From assembly GCA_951406725.2 (NCBI GenBank), contig OX597831.1:67642001-67706000 (forward strand): DNA of 64,000 nt. The letters run 5' to 3'. This document shows positions 13,440-27,153 of the stretch, piece by piece; position 1 is the first letter of the stretch, and every line of letters begins with the position of its first letter. The position numbers and the translations under genes were made by a program. A model generated the notes under the pieces. The model saw nothing but the letters and a program-made list of their open reading frames with translations, was not told where the DNA came from and did no database searches. The DNA is from Octopus vulgaris (taxonomy: Eukaryota).

Positions 13440-14318
13440 TTTTTGAAAAAGAGTGTAAGAAAAGGAAATGTTCTATATCGTGAGGTAAAAATGTCATGTG
13501 TTTAGTATAAGCAGTGAAAACTAAGACGAAATAATTGCTATTCCGTCGTGTATTCGCCCTCGACTTACGCTCAATCTGATAACAACAGCCTGCGCATCGG
13601 TGTTTATCTGGGGGCTTGGCCTCCAGATCTGTGAGACACGCAAAGCTGCTGTTAGGACTGGATTAGCACCCATAGTGACCCTAACAATTAAAAAGATTTT
13701 CCTACCCCGATATAGGATCTTTTTTTCGTTTTCTTCCAACCACTTGAAGGTTTATATTGCTCCAGTTCATTCAGCTGGCCAAAATGGGATGCAGCTGTAA
13801 TTGAAAGGGGTCAGCCTTGTATTCTGTGTGAGACTGAATCTCTCAGAGAACAACGTTAATGGAGTGCATGTCTGTGGAGTACTCAGCCCTTGCGAGTTAA
13901 TTTTATCTTCGTGTGGTAATGAAAAGTGACATCCAATATTTGCTGTAGCTATTTTGTCTATGATTTAACAATGTGTCTACGTATCTATTATGTATCAACT
14001 TTTCTTTCGATCTATGTATCCAGTCTCTCTCCCTTTCTCTCTTTCTCTCTCCCTTTCTCTCTTTCTCTCTCACGTTCTCTGTTTCCCTCCTCTCTCCTGT
14101 TTTAAGTTTTACAATGCATGTATGTATCTACTTTTCTTTCGATCTATGTATCTACTTTTCTTTTGGTGTATGTATCTACTTTTCTTTCGATGTATGCATC
14201 AGTCTACTCAGAAAATACTGATAAATAAACATTTTACCTCTCCCTTCAACTGTAGAAAAGTAACAGTAACATCCACAGTTATTTGCTGAGAGATAGACAC
14301 AAGGATAGAGAAAGTGTA

Positions 14319-14367
<49 letters not shown>

Positions 14368-15066
14368 CAGATAGAATAACTGACAAACAGATAGACAGAT
14401 ATGTAAATAGATAGGCAACATTTCTTCTTGTAATTTCCATATTTTCAATAGCTTTATCATATATCGTCGGAAACGAAGTTGTCCAGAGTTTTCTGTATGA
14501 GAATAGTTCAATTGTCTTTCACTGTTATTCTTTATCCACTCCCTTCCTTCTCTCAATCTATCTCTCTAAATATCTCTCATTTCCCTTCCTTCCCTTCTCC
14601 CTCCTCTATGTTTCCTTGCCTCTAACTGTCCTCCTGCGTTTAACGCGTTATATTTCTCTTACTTCTTAGCGCTATCAATCTACCCCACTTTCTCTCTCTC
14701 TATCACTCCCGCTTACTTCCTCTTCTTTGTAACTTTGCCTCTTACTTCAACTATACTTCCTATGTTTCTGTCTCTCCCCTCTCTCCCGATTTGCCATTCA
14801 CTTCAACTATACCTCCCCTGCTTAACACCTTTTATTTCTCTTTTCTTTTTACATCGCTCCCTTCAAACTCTTTACCTCTCCCTTTGTAATAAGTGTGAAA
14901 CACACAAGTACGTACAAAAACAAAAATAATATGTATTAATGTTATTGATAAATGAATATTTCATTCTCTTATTAAATATAAACTTACCTTATTTATACTT
15001 AACTTTCCTCTATCCTTTATTTATTGTTCTAATTTTATTTACCCATTCTACTTTACCTCTAATCAA

Positions 15067-15464
15067 CCTATTTCTTTATTACCCACAAGAGGCTAAACAT
15101 AGATGGGACAAAAAGGACAGACATAGGTATTAAGTCGATTACATCGCCCCCAGTGCGTAACTGGTACTTAATTGAAAGGCAAAGTCGACCTCGGCGGAAT
15201 TTGAACTCAGAACGTAGCGGCAGACGAAATACCTATTTCTTTATTACCCACAAGGGGCTAAACACAGATGTGACAAACAAGGACAGACATAGGTATTAAG
15301 TCGATTACATCGACCCCAGTGCGTAACTGGTACTTAATTTATCGACCCCGAAAGGATGAAAGGCAAAGTCGACATCGGCGGAATTTGAACTCAGAACGTA
15401 GCGGCAGACGAAATACCGCTAAGCATTTCGCCTGGCGTGCTAACGTTTCTGCCAGTTCACCGCC
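15067..15464 (-). mobile_element. tRNA-derived SINE family B with tandemly duplicated 3' part
   Basis: Reverse complement of 62508-62740; segment 15067-15231 is repeated at 15232-15412. Confidence 0.9.
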
Positions 15465-15726
15465 TTTTATCTCTAATCAACCTGTAAACACTTCACCCAA
15501 GCATATAACAATACAAATCATAAACCATAACATTAAGTCTGCTAAAATGAATTCAAAAGCACACATATAACATCCAAATGTACACCTTTTTTCTTTGATG
15601 ATATAGTGCTCATGTCACAATTTCAGCATTAACTGAAACGTCTGTGAGTGAAGATGAACAATTTGCTGTTAATAATAAGCAATTATTAATTTAGCAATCT
15701 CCATTTTCTTCTTTTAAATGCATATA

Positions 15727-15889
15727 GGCGCAGGAGTGGCTGTGTAGTAAGTAGCTTGCTTACCAACCACATAGCTCCGAGTTCAGTCCCACTGCGAGGC
15801 ACTTTGGGCAAGTGTCTTCTACTATAGTATCGGGATGACCAAAGCTTTGTGAGTGGATATGGTGGGCGGAAACTGAAAGAAGCCCATCG

Positions 15890-15955
<66 letters not shown>

Positions 15956-16149
15956 TTTGTGTGTCTGTGTTTGCACCCCCAACCTCGCATGGCAACCGGT
16001 GTGCCACGTCCCCGTAACTTAGTGGTTCGGCAAACGAAACCGATAGAATAAGTACTAGGCTTACAAAGAATAAGTCCTGGGTAAATGTGTTCGACTAAAG
16101 GTTGTGCTCCAGCATGGCCGCAGTTAGATGTCTGAAACAAATAAAAGAA
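15727..16149 (+). mobile_element. SINE family A, full length
   Basis: Same head, body and tail as 7538 and 49487. Confidence 0.9.
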
Positions 16150-16834
16150 TATGTGTTTGTATGTATATATATATATATACATTATATCAAAAATTATATA
16201 CTTAATTATAAAAAGGGATCAGAAACCAAGCTTCTCCACGCACTGAAAATAGGCCCCAAATTATTCTAAAACTACCTTATAAACTCCAAAGATACAGGTT
16301 GTAGGCGAGCAAAAGAAGGGTAATAAAGAAAACTTTTGCTAAATCGTGTATTAGCTTAAAGTAATCAATACTGCTATCATCAACGCAGATATTCCGGAGT
16401 AAAAATGTATCTACACATTCCTACACGAACAGCGACGTCGCATAGTAAAAAGTATATATATATTTGGGGTGCTTAGATCTGCTCATGACTTAGTGCTTGC
16501 TTCTTTCATGGGTATGAGTAAGTATTCCATTTATGTCTTACTTATTTATCGCCGATGAGGAGAAAATTCTTATGAATTAACTCTGAAATTGGGACCGATA
16601 CAGTAATAATGGAATTTTTTAGAAATTTCTGTCGGCTTGCTTCAAGACACGTATTTATAGTGATAAATCATATGGTTATTGACAATTTGCCTTTTTTCGG
16701 CATATTTGGCATTAGAATTTTTTCTTTTGCCCTTGTTTATAAATTGTTTATAAATTTAACCATTGAAGGTATTTTTTAATATGCTGGGCATTGATAAAAT
16801 TTTTTTCGAAAGATTTTATCCTATATTAGATGTA

Positions 16835-16943
<109 letters not shown>

Positions 16944-17119
16944 CTTTATATATATATATACATGTAATGGAGAAATTATAAAAAATGTATAAGGGGGTGA
17001 TAAGTAAAGCACCAGCACAGTTTCGATTACCTGTTATTATCCGTAGATTGCAGGAACTTCATAGTGGTGGTTGATGTAACAGGATTAATAGAATAGATGG
17101 GAAGAAAAGATTTTATTTA

Positions 17120-17161
17120 GTACGATACATGTTTCGATCCGTTCTGGGTCTCTTCGGGTAC
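17120..17161 (-). ncRNA. Minimal hammerhead ribozyme (U4C core)
   Basis: Minus: GTAC-CCGAAGA-GACC-CAGAAC-GGATC-GAAA-CATG-TATC-GTAC. Confidence 0.6.
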
Positions 17162-17432
17162 ATAAATAAATTAAAAAAATAAAAAGTCTCACCGGAGATT
17201 TGGTTTTACGTATCGCTAAATGTCCGTCAACTTTGGGAATGAGTAAAAAACAGAGAAAAGTTTAAACGCGAAAAATTTAGATATGAACGTGAAAATTCTA
17301 GTTTAGAGAAAATGACGTAATGAGCCATCGCTGTTGTAACTGTTGAGAAAGAAAAGGAAGTAGAAAGGAAGATAATACTTCGACGACAAAAAGAATTTTT
17401 GTATTCGTGCTCATACGTACATATATATAGAC

Positions 17433-17505
<73 letters not shown>

Positions 17506-17506
<1 letters not shown>

Positions 17507-17650
17507 GGAGAGTTTATGAAAAAAACAAAAGATGAAGACGGGTGGTGTACAAAACAAACAGATGTATTAGTATAACGCTCAGGAATAGAAAAAGTCTTTT
17601 ACGTTTCGAGCCTACAGAAAGGGACACAGAAAAAAACAAGGAGAGAAACA
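17506..17650 (-). mobile_element. PLE-type terminal repeat (A6U HHR family), HHR partly deleted
   Basis: Near-identical to 36644-36800 but lacks gctcttctac between the ctac direct repeats. Confidence 0.65.
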
Positions 17651-18180
17651 TATATATACACGCACTTATACATTCGCGATCACACACGCACATCCAAGTA
17701 TATGGGTATATACATGCAACTAGATACACGCGCATACACAACTCACATATTGACGAATACATGCATACATACATATTTGTATAGGAACTCATATATACAG
17801 GCACGCACGCCATTTAAACATAAACATACGCACATAGCATAGATAAATATGTGCATAGATTCGTACGTAAACCGAGATAGAGACGTCTGTGTAACACATG
17901 TTAATACACTCGCGTATACAAATAAGTACATATATACACGAACATACATACGTATACACATACACACACACACAGATACATTTATGTATGCGTATACAGA
18001 TATAAACATACGCAAAAGAAAGATAAATAAAACTTTTGGTAACTCGGGTATTAGATCTAATTTCAATCTTAAAGTAATCAATACTGCTATCATCAATACG
18101 GATATTCCGGAGTAAAAAATTTGACGGACATTTAGCGATACGTAAAACCGAATCTATACTGAAACTTTTTATTCATTCAT

Positions 18181-18211
<31 letters not shown>

Positions 18212-18212
18212 T

Positions 18213-18254
18213 GTACTCGAAGATACCCAGAACGGGTCGAAACATTTATCGTAC
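18213..18254 (+). ncRNA. Minimal hammerhead ribozyme, degenerate partner of 17120
   Basis: GTAC-TCGAAGA-TACC-CAGAAC-GGGTC-GAAA-CATT-TATC-GTAC. Confidence 0.5.
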
Positions 18255-18377
18255 AACATAAAATCTTTTCCCCATCTATTTTATTAATACTGTTATATAT
18301 GTGTGTGTGTTAAATAAAATGAGACAACAAAGCCAAGGCTGAGTAGAATTTTCAGGACATTTATAAAGAGAAAGTTA

Positions 18378-18425
18378 GTCTTACAGCTGTTTCTGGGATA
18401 TTAGGGATATCCCTTCATCAGAGAC
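18378..18425 (-). ncRNA. Minimal hammerhead ribozyme in inverted pLTR
   Basis: Exact reverse complement of 22623-22670. Confidence 0.88.
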
Positions 18426-20272
18426 GAAGTATTATAGTTAAATAGAGGGAAATATTAGAGTTCAATATGAGCGGTTATTTTGGAAAAGGAAGCAAATAAG
18501 GAGTATAGAGGGAAATAGGAGAATGAATGTAGAAATTAAAATAAAAATGTATTAAGATGTTGTAGTTGCCGTTCCATTATCCAAAGAAAGTGGTGTGTAG
18601 AAGTGGTATAAATGCTTCCTATTTGTGATATGCAAATTCCAATTGGAGTTCATATTTTGTCATCACAAATGGAACGTGTGGAGACGTAGATTCCATGTGC
18701 CTTTCATTCAAAGGGGTTTTATGGTGTGAATGAAAATTTGAGAATGTGTTGGTAGTATTAAGTGAATAGAGAGGGGAGAAGAGCGGTGTATGTTAAAATG
18801 AAGGTAGAGGTCAAAGGAAAAGGTGAGAAAAGAAGGAAAGAAAGAGAAAGAGAAAATGAAAAGAGAAAGTGAAAAAAGGAGTGTTAGTTGGTGGTCAAGA
18901 TATTATGAGGGAGGATAGGAAAGGAGTAAGGGAAGAGTAGGAAGAGATAAGAATGTAAGTAATGAATATGTGTAAGGTGTGTGAAGTGGGGTGATATGTT
19001 AGAATGGTATTAAGGGATGGATCCAGAAAAAGGTATAGGAGGGGTTTTCGTAAAGTGAATAGTAAACCACAAATTAGAAAGGAAGAATAAATTGAATGTC
19101 AACTTATGGTCCTGTACAAGTGAAGTCATGTGGTCCCATATCTTAAACAACAAAAACTCTTCTTCTTTCCTACAATTCGATATAAATAATTACTACTCTT
19201 CTATTTCTCCCAAATTTCTTAATCTAGCGTTCCTTCTAGCTAGAAATCTAACTAACCCAACCCCACTAGAAATTAACATAATCCTTAATGCCCGTAAAAC
19301 CCTTATTTCTTTTGTGGACAAACTTCGGTACCGAACCAACCACTATAACTATAACAATAACCAAAGCAAATTATTTCACATTACTATGGGATCACCCGAC
19401 TCCACCCAAGTCACCGACCTCTTCAAACTGTACATACCCCACCAGCTCCAAATACATTTACCTAACATCATGGGAGGTTTCTACAGAGATGACGCCTTGT
19501 TAGTCACCAAGAGCTTAAATAAATCCTTTTTAGAACAAACTAGGAAAGATCTCAACAAATTTTTATCTAGCCTCTATCTATGTATTACTTTTGAGAATTC
19601 CTACAAAACCACTAATTTTCTAGACGTAACTGTAAACTTAGAAACCACCTAATACTCCCCATATCACAAACCTAACCAATATCTTAAGTACTTAAACATT
19701 AATTCCAATCACTTTAAATCCACTTTTGATAATATAGTTAAGGGTATTTCAATTCGAATATCTGATCTCTCATCTACGCTCCAACTAAACCCTCGCACCA
19801 GCGGCTTCTCCCAACATATAAAATACATCCTTAATACTAAGCTAAAGCAACATATATCTCAAATCATATCACAACGACAAGCCAACCACCAGAATCACAA
19901 GAGACCACACATACACAATACTAGAACCCAAAGGAAACCCAGATTAAGACAACTTAGACCTCCCACACATATAACACTACATCAAAAGCTAAAAAAGCTA
20001 AAAAAGCTAACGGGCCATATTACACCCCTCTAATTTCTAAAAATATAGATAACACTACCCTTAAGCAACCATAGAAAAAAGCATTGGACGCTCTCTTCTA
20101 TGATATACACACCCCTTCTCACCAAACGTTAAAAACTTAGCTGAATCCTTTTTTTAATATACTAGAATCCAACTTCTCTCGTCAACATAAGTACCACTCC
20201 ATTTCTAGCAGATCTAGCTTAAAGCTATCCTACTCCTCCCCGCCCAAATTTGAGTTTATCATAACAGTCTCT

Positions 20273-20578
20273 GTGGAGGCACAATGGCCCAGTGGTTAGG
20301 GCAGCGGACTCGCGGTCGGAGGATCGCGGTTTAGATTCCCAGACCGGGCATGGTGTGTGTTTATTGAGCGATAATATCTAAAGCTCCACGATGCTCCGGC
20401 AGGAGTTTGTGGTGACCCCTGTTGTACTCTTTCGCCCCAACTTTATCTCACTCTTTCTTCCTGTTTCTTGAGTAACGCTGCGATGGACTGGCTTCCCGTC
20501 CAGCTGGTGAGAACACATACGCCACAGAAACCGGAAAACCGGGCCCATGAGCCTAGTTAGGCTTGAAAAGGGCGAAAA
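20273..20578 (+). mobile_element. SINE family C inserted in the PLE ORF
   Basis: tRNA-like head; 12-bp TSD ataacagtctct (20261-20272) / ataacagcctct (20579-20590). Confidence 0.88.
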
Positions 20579-22622
20579 ATAACAGCCTCTAATTAACGAA
20601 AACTTTCTCTCTATTATCAAAACTTGCACTGTAACAACTCTGAATACACGAGGGCCCAACATATACATAGCTCCAATATCGAACCGTATACTTTAGTCCA
20701 CAACAGAAACTCTACCAATCCCACAAACACTAACCAGAATACTTCTACCACAACGACCACCACTATTACATATAGAATAAATAACAACAACGATAGAAAT
20801 AGTAATGATAATAGTAATAATAATATTAATAACATAGACCAATCTACCCCCGTCTTTAACCTCTCATCTGACAATATTACCCCTTCTATTCCTGAGAATA
20901 AGCCCCACAATGCACTACTATGTAACTGCCGTCCTGGGACCATCTCTCCTCTACAAAGCCATTGCAGAAGGTCTAATGTAATTTATAAATGCACCGTACT
21001 CAACAATTACACAATTCTACAACCATATATATAGTATCAACTATAAATTTTAAACAACGATATGCTGTGCATTTCAACTCTTTTAGAAACGAGAAACTTA
21101 GTAAATCCACAATACTCACCAGTTACATACATCATCTCAAAAATAGAAATATTCCCCACATCTTGTCATGGTCCATAATAGATTAAGGTCTTCAATACCA
21201 AGGTCCAGGCTCAGCCTGTAAGTTATGCCTAAAAGAGGCATTTCACATATTTAAACACAACTTTTCAATACTACTAAATAAATATAACGAGGCGCTAGGT
21301 ACATGCCACCACCACTTTTTCCATACCTTCAAATTTTACCACAAATCTAAATGCAATCTAAATAACCACACATCACATATCCTGAACATCACTTAGATAA
21401 TCCCCAACAACCCTGTTTGACTCTCCAATCTTATTTTAATTGTTTAATACTACGTGTATGGTCATGCATATGCGTACGTATGCGGTTGTATGTGCGTATG
21501 TATATGTATGTATATATGTGTGTATATGTGTGCGCGTGCGTGTATGTGTGTGTACGTGTGCATGTATACGTGTATGTATGCGCACGTGAATGCGTATATG
21601 CATGTATTTATGGGTATGCGTGTGTGTGTATATATATGTGTATGTATATGTATGTTTGTATATGCATGCATATGCATGCATATGCATGCATGTATATGTA
21701 TGTGTGTGTATATGTATGTGTGTGTATGTGTATATATATGCATGCATGAGTACGGGTTTAAATACACAAGTACGCAGGCCTGTATAATAATGCGGACACA
21801 TATATGTACATATGTGTATATCGATATACACTTCTTTCTTTCTCTCTGATTCTTCTACTCCTCTACCCACACCATCACGTTAGCCAGTAGAATAAACGCT
21901 TAAAGTCTATGTATAGAAACTTGACCATTCTTAATATTTTTCCCTTCTAATTTGTGGTTTACTACTCATTTTACGAAAAACCCCTCCTATACCTTTTTCT
22001 GGATCCATCCCTTAATACCATTCTAACATATCACTCCACTTCACACACCTCATACATATTCATTACTTACATTCTCATCTCTTTCTCCCCCTCCCCTACT
22101 CCTCTCTCATCTTCCCTCATAATATTTTGACCACCAACTAACACTCCTTTTTCACTTTCTTGCACTTTTTCACTTTCTCTTCTTTTCATTTTCTCTTCCT
22201 CTTTCTTTCCTTCTTCTTTTCTCACATTTTCCTTTGACGTCTCTCTTCATTTTAACATGCACCTCTCTTGTTCCCTCTCTATCCAATTAATACTACCAAT
22301 ACATTCTCAAATTTTCATTCACACCATAAGGCCCCTTTGAATGAAAGGCACATGGAATCTACGTCTCCACACTTTCCATTTGTGATGACAAAATATGAAC
22401 TCCAATTGGAATTTGCATACCACAAATAGGAAGCATTTATACCACTTCTACACACCACTTTCCTTGGATAATGGAACGGCAACTATAACATCTATATACA
22501 TTTTTATCTTAATTTCTACATTCATTCTCCTATTTCCCTCTATGCTCCTTATTTGCTTCCTTTTCCAAAATAACTGCTCATATTGAACTCTAATATTTCC
22601 CTCTATTTAACTATAATACTTC

Positions 22623-22670
22623 GTCTCTGATGAAGGGATATCCCTAATATCCCAGAAACAGCTGTAAGAC
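22623..22670 (+). ncRNA. Minimal type-I hammerhead ribozyme in 3' pLTR
   Basis: GTCT-CTGATGA-A-GGGATAT-CCCTA-ATATCCC-A-GAAA-CAGCTG-TA-AGAC: canonical core, 7-bp stem II, palindromic stem III, GUA triplet. Confidence 0.9.
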
Positions 22671-22847
22671 TAACTTTTTCTTTATAAATGTCCTGAAAAT
22701 TTCACACAACCTTTAACATATACGTGCTCATACATGTCCTGCATTAGACTCCTCACTCGTATCATTATCGCACCATGAGTTTAACTACGGTGCTTCCATA
22801 CCACTTAGCGTTACCTGCCACCCTGGATCTTCTGGATACCAATACCT

Positions 22848-22882
<35 letters not shown>

Positions 22883-22896
22883 CTATATATACATAT

Positions 22897-22927
<31 letters not shown>

Positions 22928-23895
22928 CATACATACATAGATACATATATATACATATATATGTATGTATATATAGATATATATATATATGTATATTGTA
23001 TATTGTACGCTATTACTCCCATACAATAAATCTGCGAAACTTCGTTTCGTTGATAATGTTTTTGCAACTCACGTGGTAATTTTGGAGGGAGATACGATTT
23101 CGCATGTCTATATAAATGTAGAGATTCTGGTAGACCATTATATCGTTCGGTGTCGCCTGATCGAACCGGTATAGTAGGTGAGTCTTTTTCCCCTAGCATT
23201 TCTAGATTTATAGGAAATATTATATTGACAAGGAAATGAACCTCTGGTTCTAATCCAGAAACGAATTTCGTCTATAATTAATCCAAATAGGCTGTGATTT
23301 CGTTATTTTTCTTTCTCTTTGCCATATACGGGTTGCAAATTCTGGTTGTTTGCGGATACTTTTTTACTAGTAGGAGAAATGGTGACCTATTTGGCTGCCA
23401 TTTCTAATATTTTCGGTATGTGGTTTTGAGCAACTTGTTGCAATTAACCCTTTATTATAATTAATATAATCCTTACAAATATGGTCTTTTCCATACCGAT
23501 AAAACTACTAGGTGAAATTTATTAATTTTATTAAATTAATTATATTTCACCCTTTTTGTATAATACGAACGCAAAAAAAAGGAACAAAAACATGTCCCTT
23601 TTCCATTAGCTGGGTTCGAAACGGTGTTCTAGTTGTTCAGGTCAGTGATATTTCCATTGTCTTGTTAAGGAGCACGGTCATTTATGGCCTTTGGCACTTG
23701 ATCTCTGGCCCTCTACGGTCACAGAAAGTTTAAAGAAGATAAAGTTTTGGAAGGTAAACACGCACTGTTACGTACGGTATGCCTCTCTTTCTGGCTGGAC
23801 GGCCTCATATATACGGGTGACGCTGAGTTGCGAGGGTGCAGTCGGAGAGAGAGACGGACAGGAACAGATGCAGTCTGACAGAGACAAACAGGGGC

Positions 23896-23959
<64 letters not shown>

Positions 23960-24858
23960 AGAGTGAGAGACGGACAACTTAACGACTGGAAAATGATGTA
24001 GTGTAATACTGCGCTTAGCCAGCTTTTGCCGAAGTTGCAGACGTAAAAGGAAAGAACTGTTGCCGGTAAATGTTTTTATGTTTTAAAGAAAAACGTGCTT
24101 TGTGTTGTTAAATGTGTATTTTTATAAAAAGAAGAAAAGAAAGAGAAAAAGAACCGACTTATTAACTGTCTTTTTAAAAGAACAGAAAGAGGAAAAAAGA
24201 AGAACTTTGTGTTGTTAAATGTGTTTTTTTAAAGAAAAGAAAGAAAAATCTGAGTTGTCGACTGCTTTTAAAAGAAAGGGAAAAAAAGAAAAGAAAGAAG
24301 CAAAAGGACTGTGTTGTTAAATGCTTTTGAGAAACGAACTTTGCGATGTTAAACGTTTAAAAAAAACCCAGAAAACTTTGTAACGTTAAATGTTTGAAAA
24401 GAAAAAAGAAAAAGAAAAACACCTTTGTGTTAAAAGTTAAATGTGTTTTTAAAGGAACTAAGGAAAGGAAAAAAGGAGAACTTTCCAAAGAACTATTGTT
24501 GTTGAATGTTTTGTTTAAAAAAAAATTTACTTTGACTACGCAACGTTTTGTGTGTGTTATTTTTGTTGTTGTTGTTGTTGTTGTTGTTGGCTCTACAGGC
24601 TACGTTTCGTTGCTTCACCGTCCGGAGTGGGTTTCTGGTTTGCTGAGCGTTGTCGCACGTGAGCTTCTCTTGGCCAGTAAACTGCGGGCTGTTTGTGTGG
24701 GGACCCGTGGTGACATTGGTGGCCTGCGTGCGGCGCAACAATATGTATATACTTGATGCAACTCGAAAACCGGGTCACTAATCTGCATTATTACACGGTG
24801 GCAGGCATAATTTATTTGCATATTCAAAATGTTACCATAAGCAAATGTAAAATATATA

Positions 24859-25246
24859 TCTCTCTATATATAAACGGCAGTTTGTCTGTGCGTGTTTCTG
24901 TGTGTCTGTTTTCTCGTACCCTCACCCTGACCACGGCTTTCAACCGATTCTGATGAAACTTGACACACACATAGCCCAATGTCATAATTCAAAACTAACG
25001 CAGCGAAAATTTTGAAAAGTTAACCCCAGTTCTGAAAAAAATCGATAAATTCGACATGGGGTCGAGAATCAAAAAAAACAAACCACAGACTGTCTAGGGG
25101 ACGCAACTCAACCTTTTTTTACTCTCAAAAAAAAATTTACCATAATTTTTTTTCCATTTTTTTGCTATTTTTTGGCTATAACTCTCCAAAAATGCTTTAT
25201 AGTTATTTCCCTTACAAACCTGAGCAACGCCGGGCGATACTGCTAG
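24859..25246 (+). mobile_element. Non-autonomous Helitron, complete
   Basis: A|TCTCTCTATATATAAA 5' end, subterminal hairpin-like cctgagcaacgccggg, 3' CTAG|T; no TSD. Confidence 0.85.
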
Positions 25247-25273
25247 TATATACATAAAGATATAGATATATAA

Positions 25274-25338
<65 letters not shown>

Positions 25339-25592
25339 TAAATATATGAACACACACACGCATTCACACTCTCTCTCACACACACACTCGCACACACACA
25401 TATACAGGTGAGTACATAAGTGCAAAACAAACCTTCCCAAATATAATTACATTTAATTTTGAAGAACCGATGATGCTTTAGGGAAATGCACAAGCGCTCA
25501 TCAATGAGCGCGTTGCATCTGATTGCAGAACAGCTGTAAGCTAATGAAGTTCATCATATGATTTCTTCTTCCTTTTTCCTTCTAATTTCTCA

Positions 25593-25677
<85 letters not shown>

Positions 25678-25802
25678 GTCTGTCTGTCTATCTATCTATC
25701 TTTCTTTCTTTTTATGTATGTATGTATGTATCTATCTATCTATACACTCCCACATACATATATACATACATACATACATGCATACATACATACATATATA
25801 CA

Positions 25803-25836
<34 letters not shown>

Positions 25837-25946
25837 AACACACACACACACATATAGAGTTGACATTTACAGAAAAACAAAAGACGAAGGCAAGTTTATG
25901 AACAACAAGCATGTCTATGTGTTGACACTCGGGAGCGTGAGAAAGT

Positions 25947-25982
25947 CTTTTACGTTTGGAGCCTACGCTCTTCAACAGAAAG
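25947..25982 (-). ncRNA. Hammerhead-like motif, A6U family, GAAA mutated to CAAA
   Basis: Minus: CTTT-CTGTTGA-A-GAGC-GTAG-GCTC-CAAA-CG-TA-AAAG. Confidence 0.45.
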
Positions 25983-26239
25983 TAATAAGAAAAAATAAAC
26001 TCGGAGAATAAAAAAAAGTTGTGGATTTAGTAGTCAAGCATGGCGACTGGTTGGAAGAAAAAGAGTTTGACAGGAGCGGTAGAAAAAAGGGGAGATAATG
26101 GTGATCCCCAGAAGAAGGTGTATGTGTGTGTGTATATGTGAGAATGTGTAAATGTGTGTGTGTGGATAGGGGCTAGTGAAGAAAGAAGGTTAGTCCTTGT
26201 TCACGGTGAAGGCGGGAGTCCGGATGGCTCCGTGCAAAG

Positions 26240-26720
26240 ACGGGGTGCACTCGTTTTTTGAGTTTATTGTATGAATTTAGAAAATGACGCATAGCTCATG
26301 AAAGAAAAGCTATATTTGAAAACAAATTGGTACAAATAATCTTGAGTATCCTTTTATCATACCTATTCAATGAATTCACTGCTAGCATTAATGGCTACTT
26401 CAGTACAGAGCTGGAGATGTTGACATGCTCGAATCAGATGATCTTTATCGATCTTAGACATATTGCTGGTTATGGTGGTCTTAAGTGATTGTATAGTGTT
26501 ATGGGGGTGTTGTGTTGATTGACCTTTCTCTCTTCTATGTCCCATAAATAATAGTCTAGTCGATTGTGCTGTGATGAGCTAGGACGCCACGTATTTGGGA
26601 GAAGATGATCCTGAAGGTTGGCACGTATCCACGCTTATGAAATGGTGCCGAGTCACGTTGGAAGACGTTCGGTCGTCTGTTGTGTATTCTGCCTATCCAG
26701 AGACTCACAACCTCCTCTGC
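26240..26720 (-). mobile_element. Tc1/mariner-superfamily transposase 3' relic
   Basis: VFQRDSAPFHK..LDYYLW..QHPHNTIQSLKTTI..IDKDHLIRAC..AINASSEFIE, across frameshifts. Confidence 0.7.
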
Positions 26721-27111
26721 TTGGTGGTAAGTAATGGCCGACCTGCCAAGCATTGCTACATCATGCCTGAGTGAGACGGGTAATGCGCTCCATCCCTACA
26801 TAAATATTATGGTAACGTGTATACCTGTAATTGTGAGTCATGTATATTTGTTTAAAATTATCCCACTATAGTATTTTGCTGCTTGTATTCTCTTAATTAT
26901 CTCACTATTTCATTTATCAGTATACTACTCAACAACATTTTCCCTCACTGATTGTGAGTACGTATACATGTGCTTCTGTTACCGTAGTAGGATGTCTGTT
27001 TTGATGTCTAATTAACAATATCAAGCAGCTGGCTTTTGTTCTGAATTCCGGAAAAATCCGAAATTCAGAACACAACTGTCCACAAGTGTTCCGGATAAGG
27101 GACTGTGTACT

Positions 27112-27149
<38 letters not shown>

Positions 27150-27153
<4 letters not shown>

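Larger units (their letters stand above)
17076..18295. mobile_element. Inverted PLE-type terminal repeat pair without ORF
   Basis: 17076-17232 is the reverse complement of 18119-18295; 18025-18115 is also repeated directly at 16322-16405. Confidence 0.75.
18347..22702 (+). mobile_element. Penelope-like element (Naiad-like), 5'-truncated, with inverted upstream pLTR
   Basis: ~750-bp inverted repeats 18347-19084 / 21940-22702. Internal decayed ORF 19092-21400: QFDINNYYSSIS, FHITMGSPDS, GGFYRDDALL, NFLDVT (RT); CNCRxxxxxPLQSHC..NVIYKC..FKQRYAVHFNSF..LSWSIID..CKLCLKE (GIY-YIG region). Confidence 0.9.

Noticed and set aside
19092-21400. Possible selenocysteine (in-frame TGA) recoding, as reported for some Naiad PLEs
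   Set aside because: The interruptions I traced are TAA stops (19650, 21184), frameshifts and a SINE insertion, not TGA.
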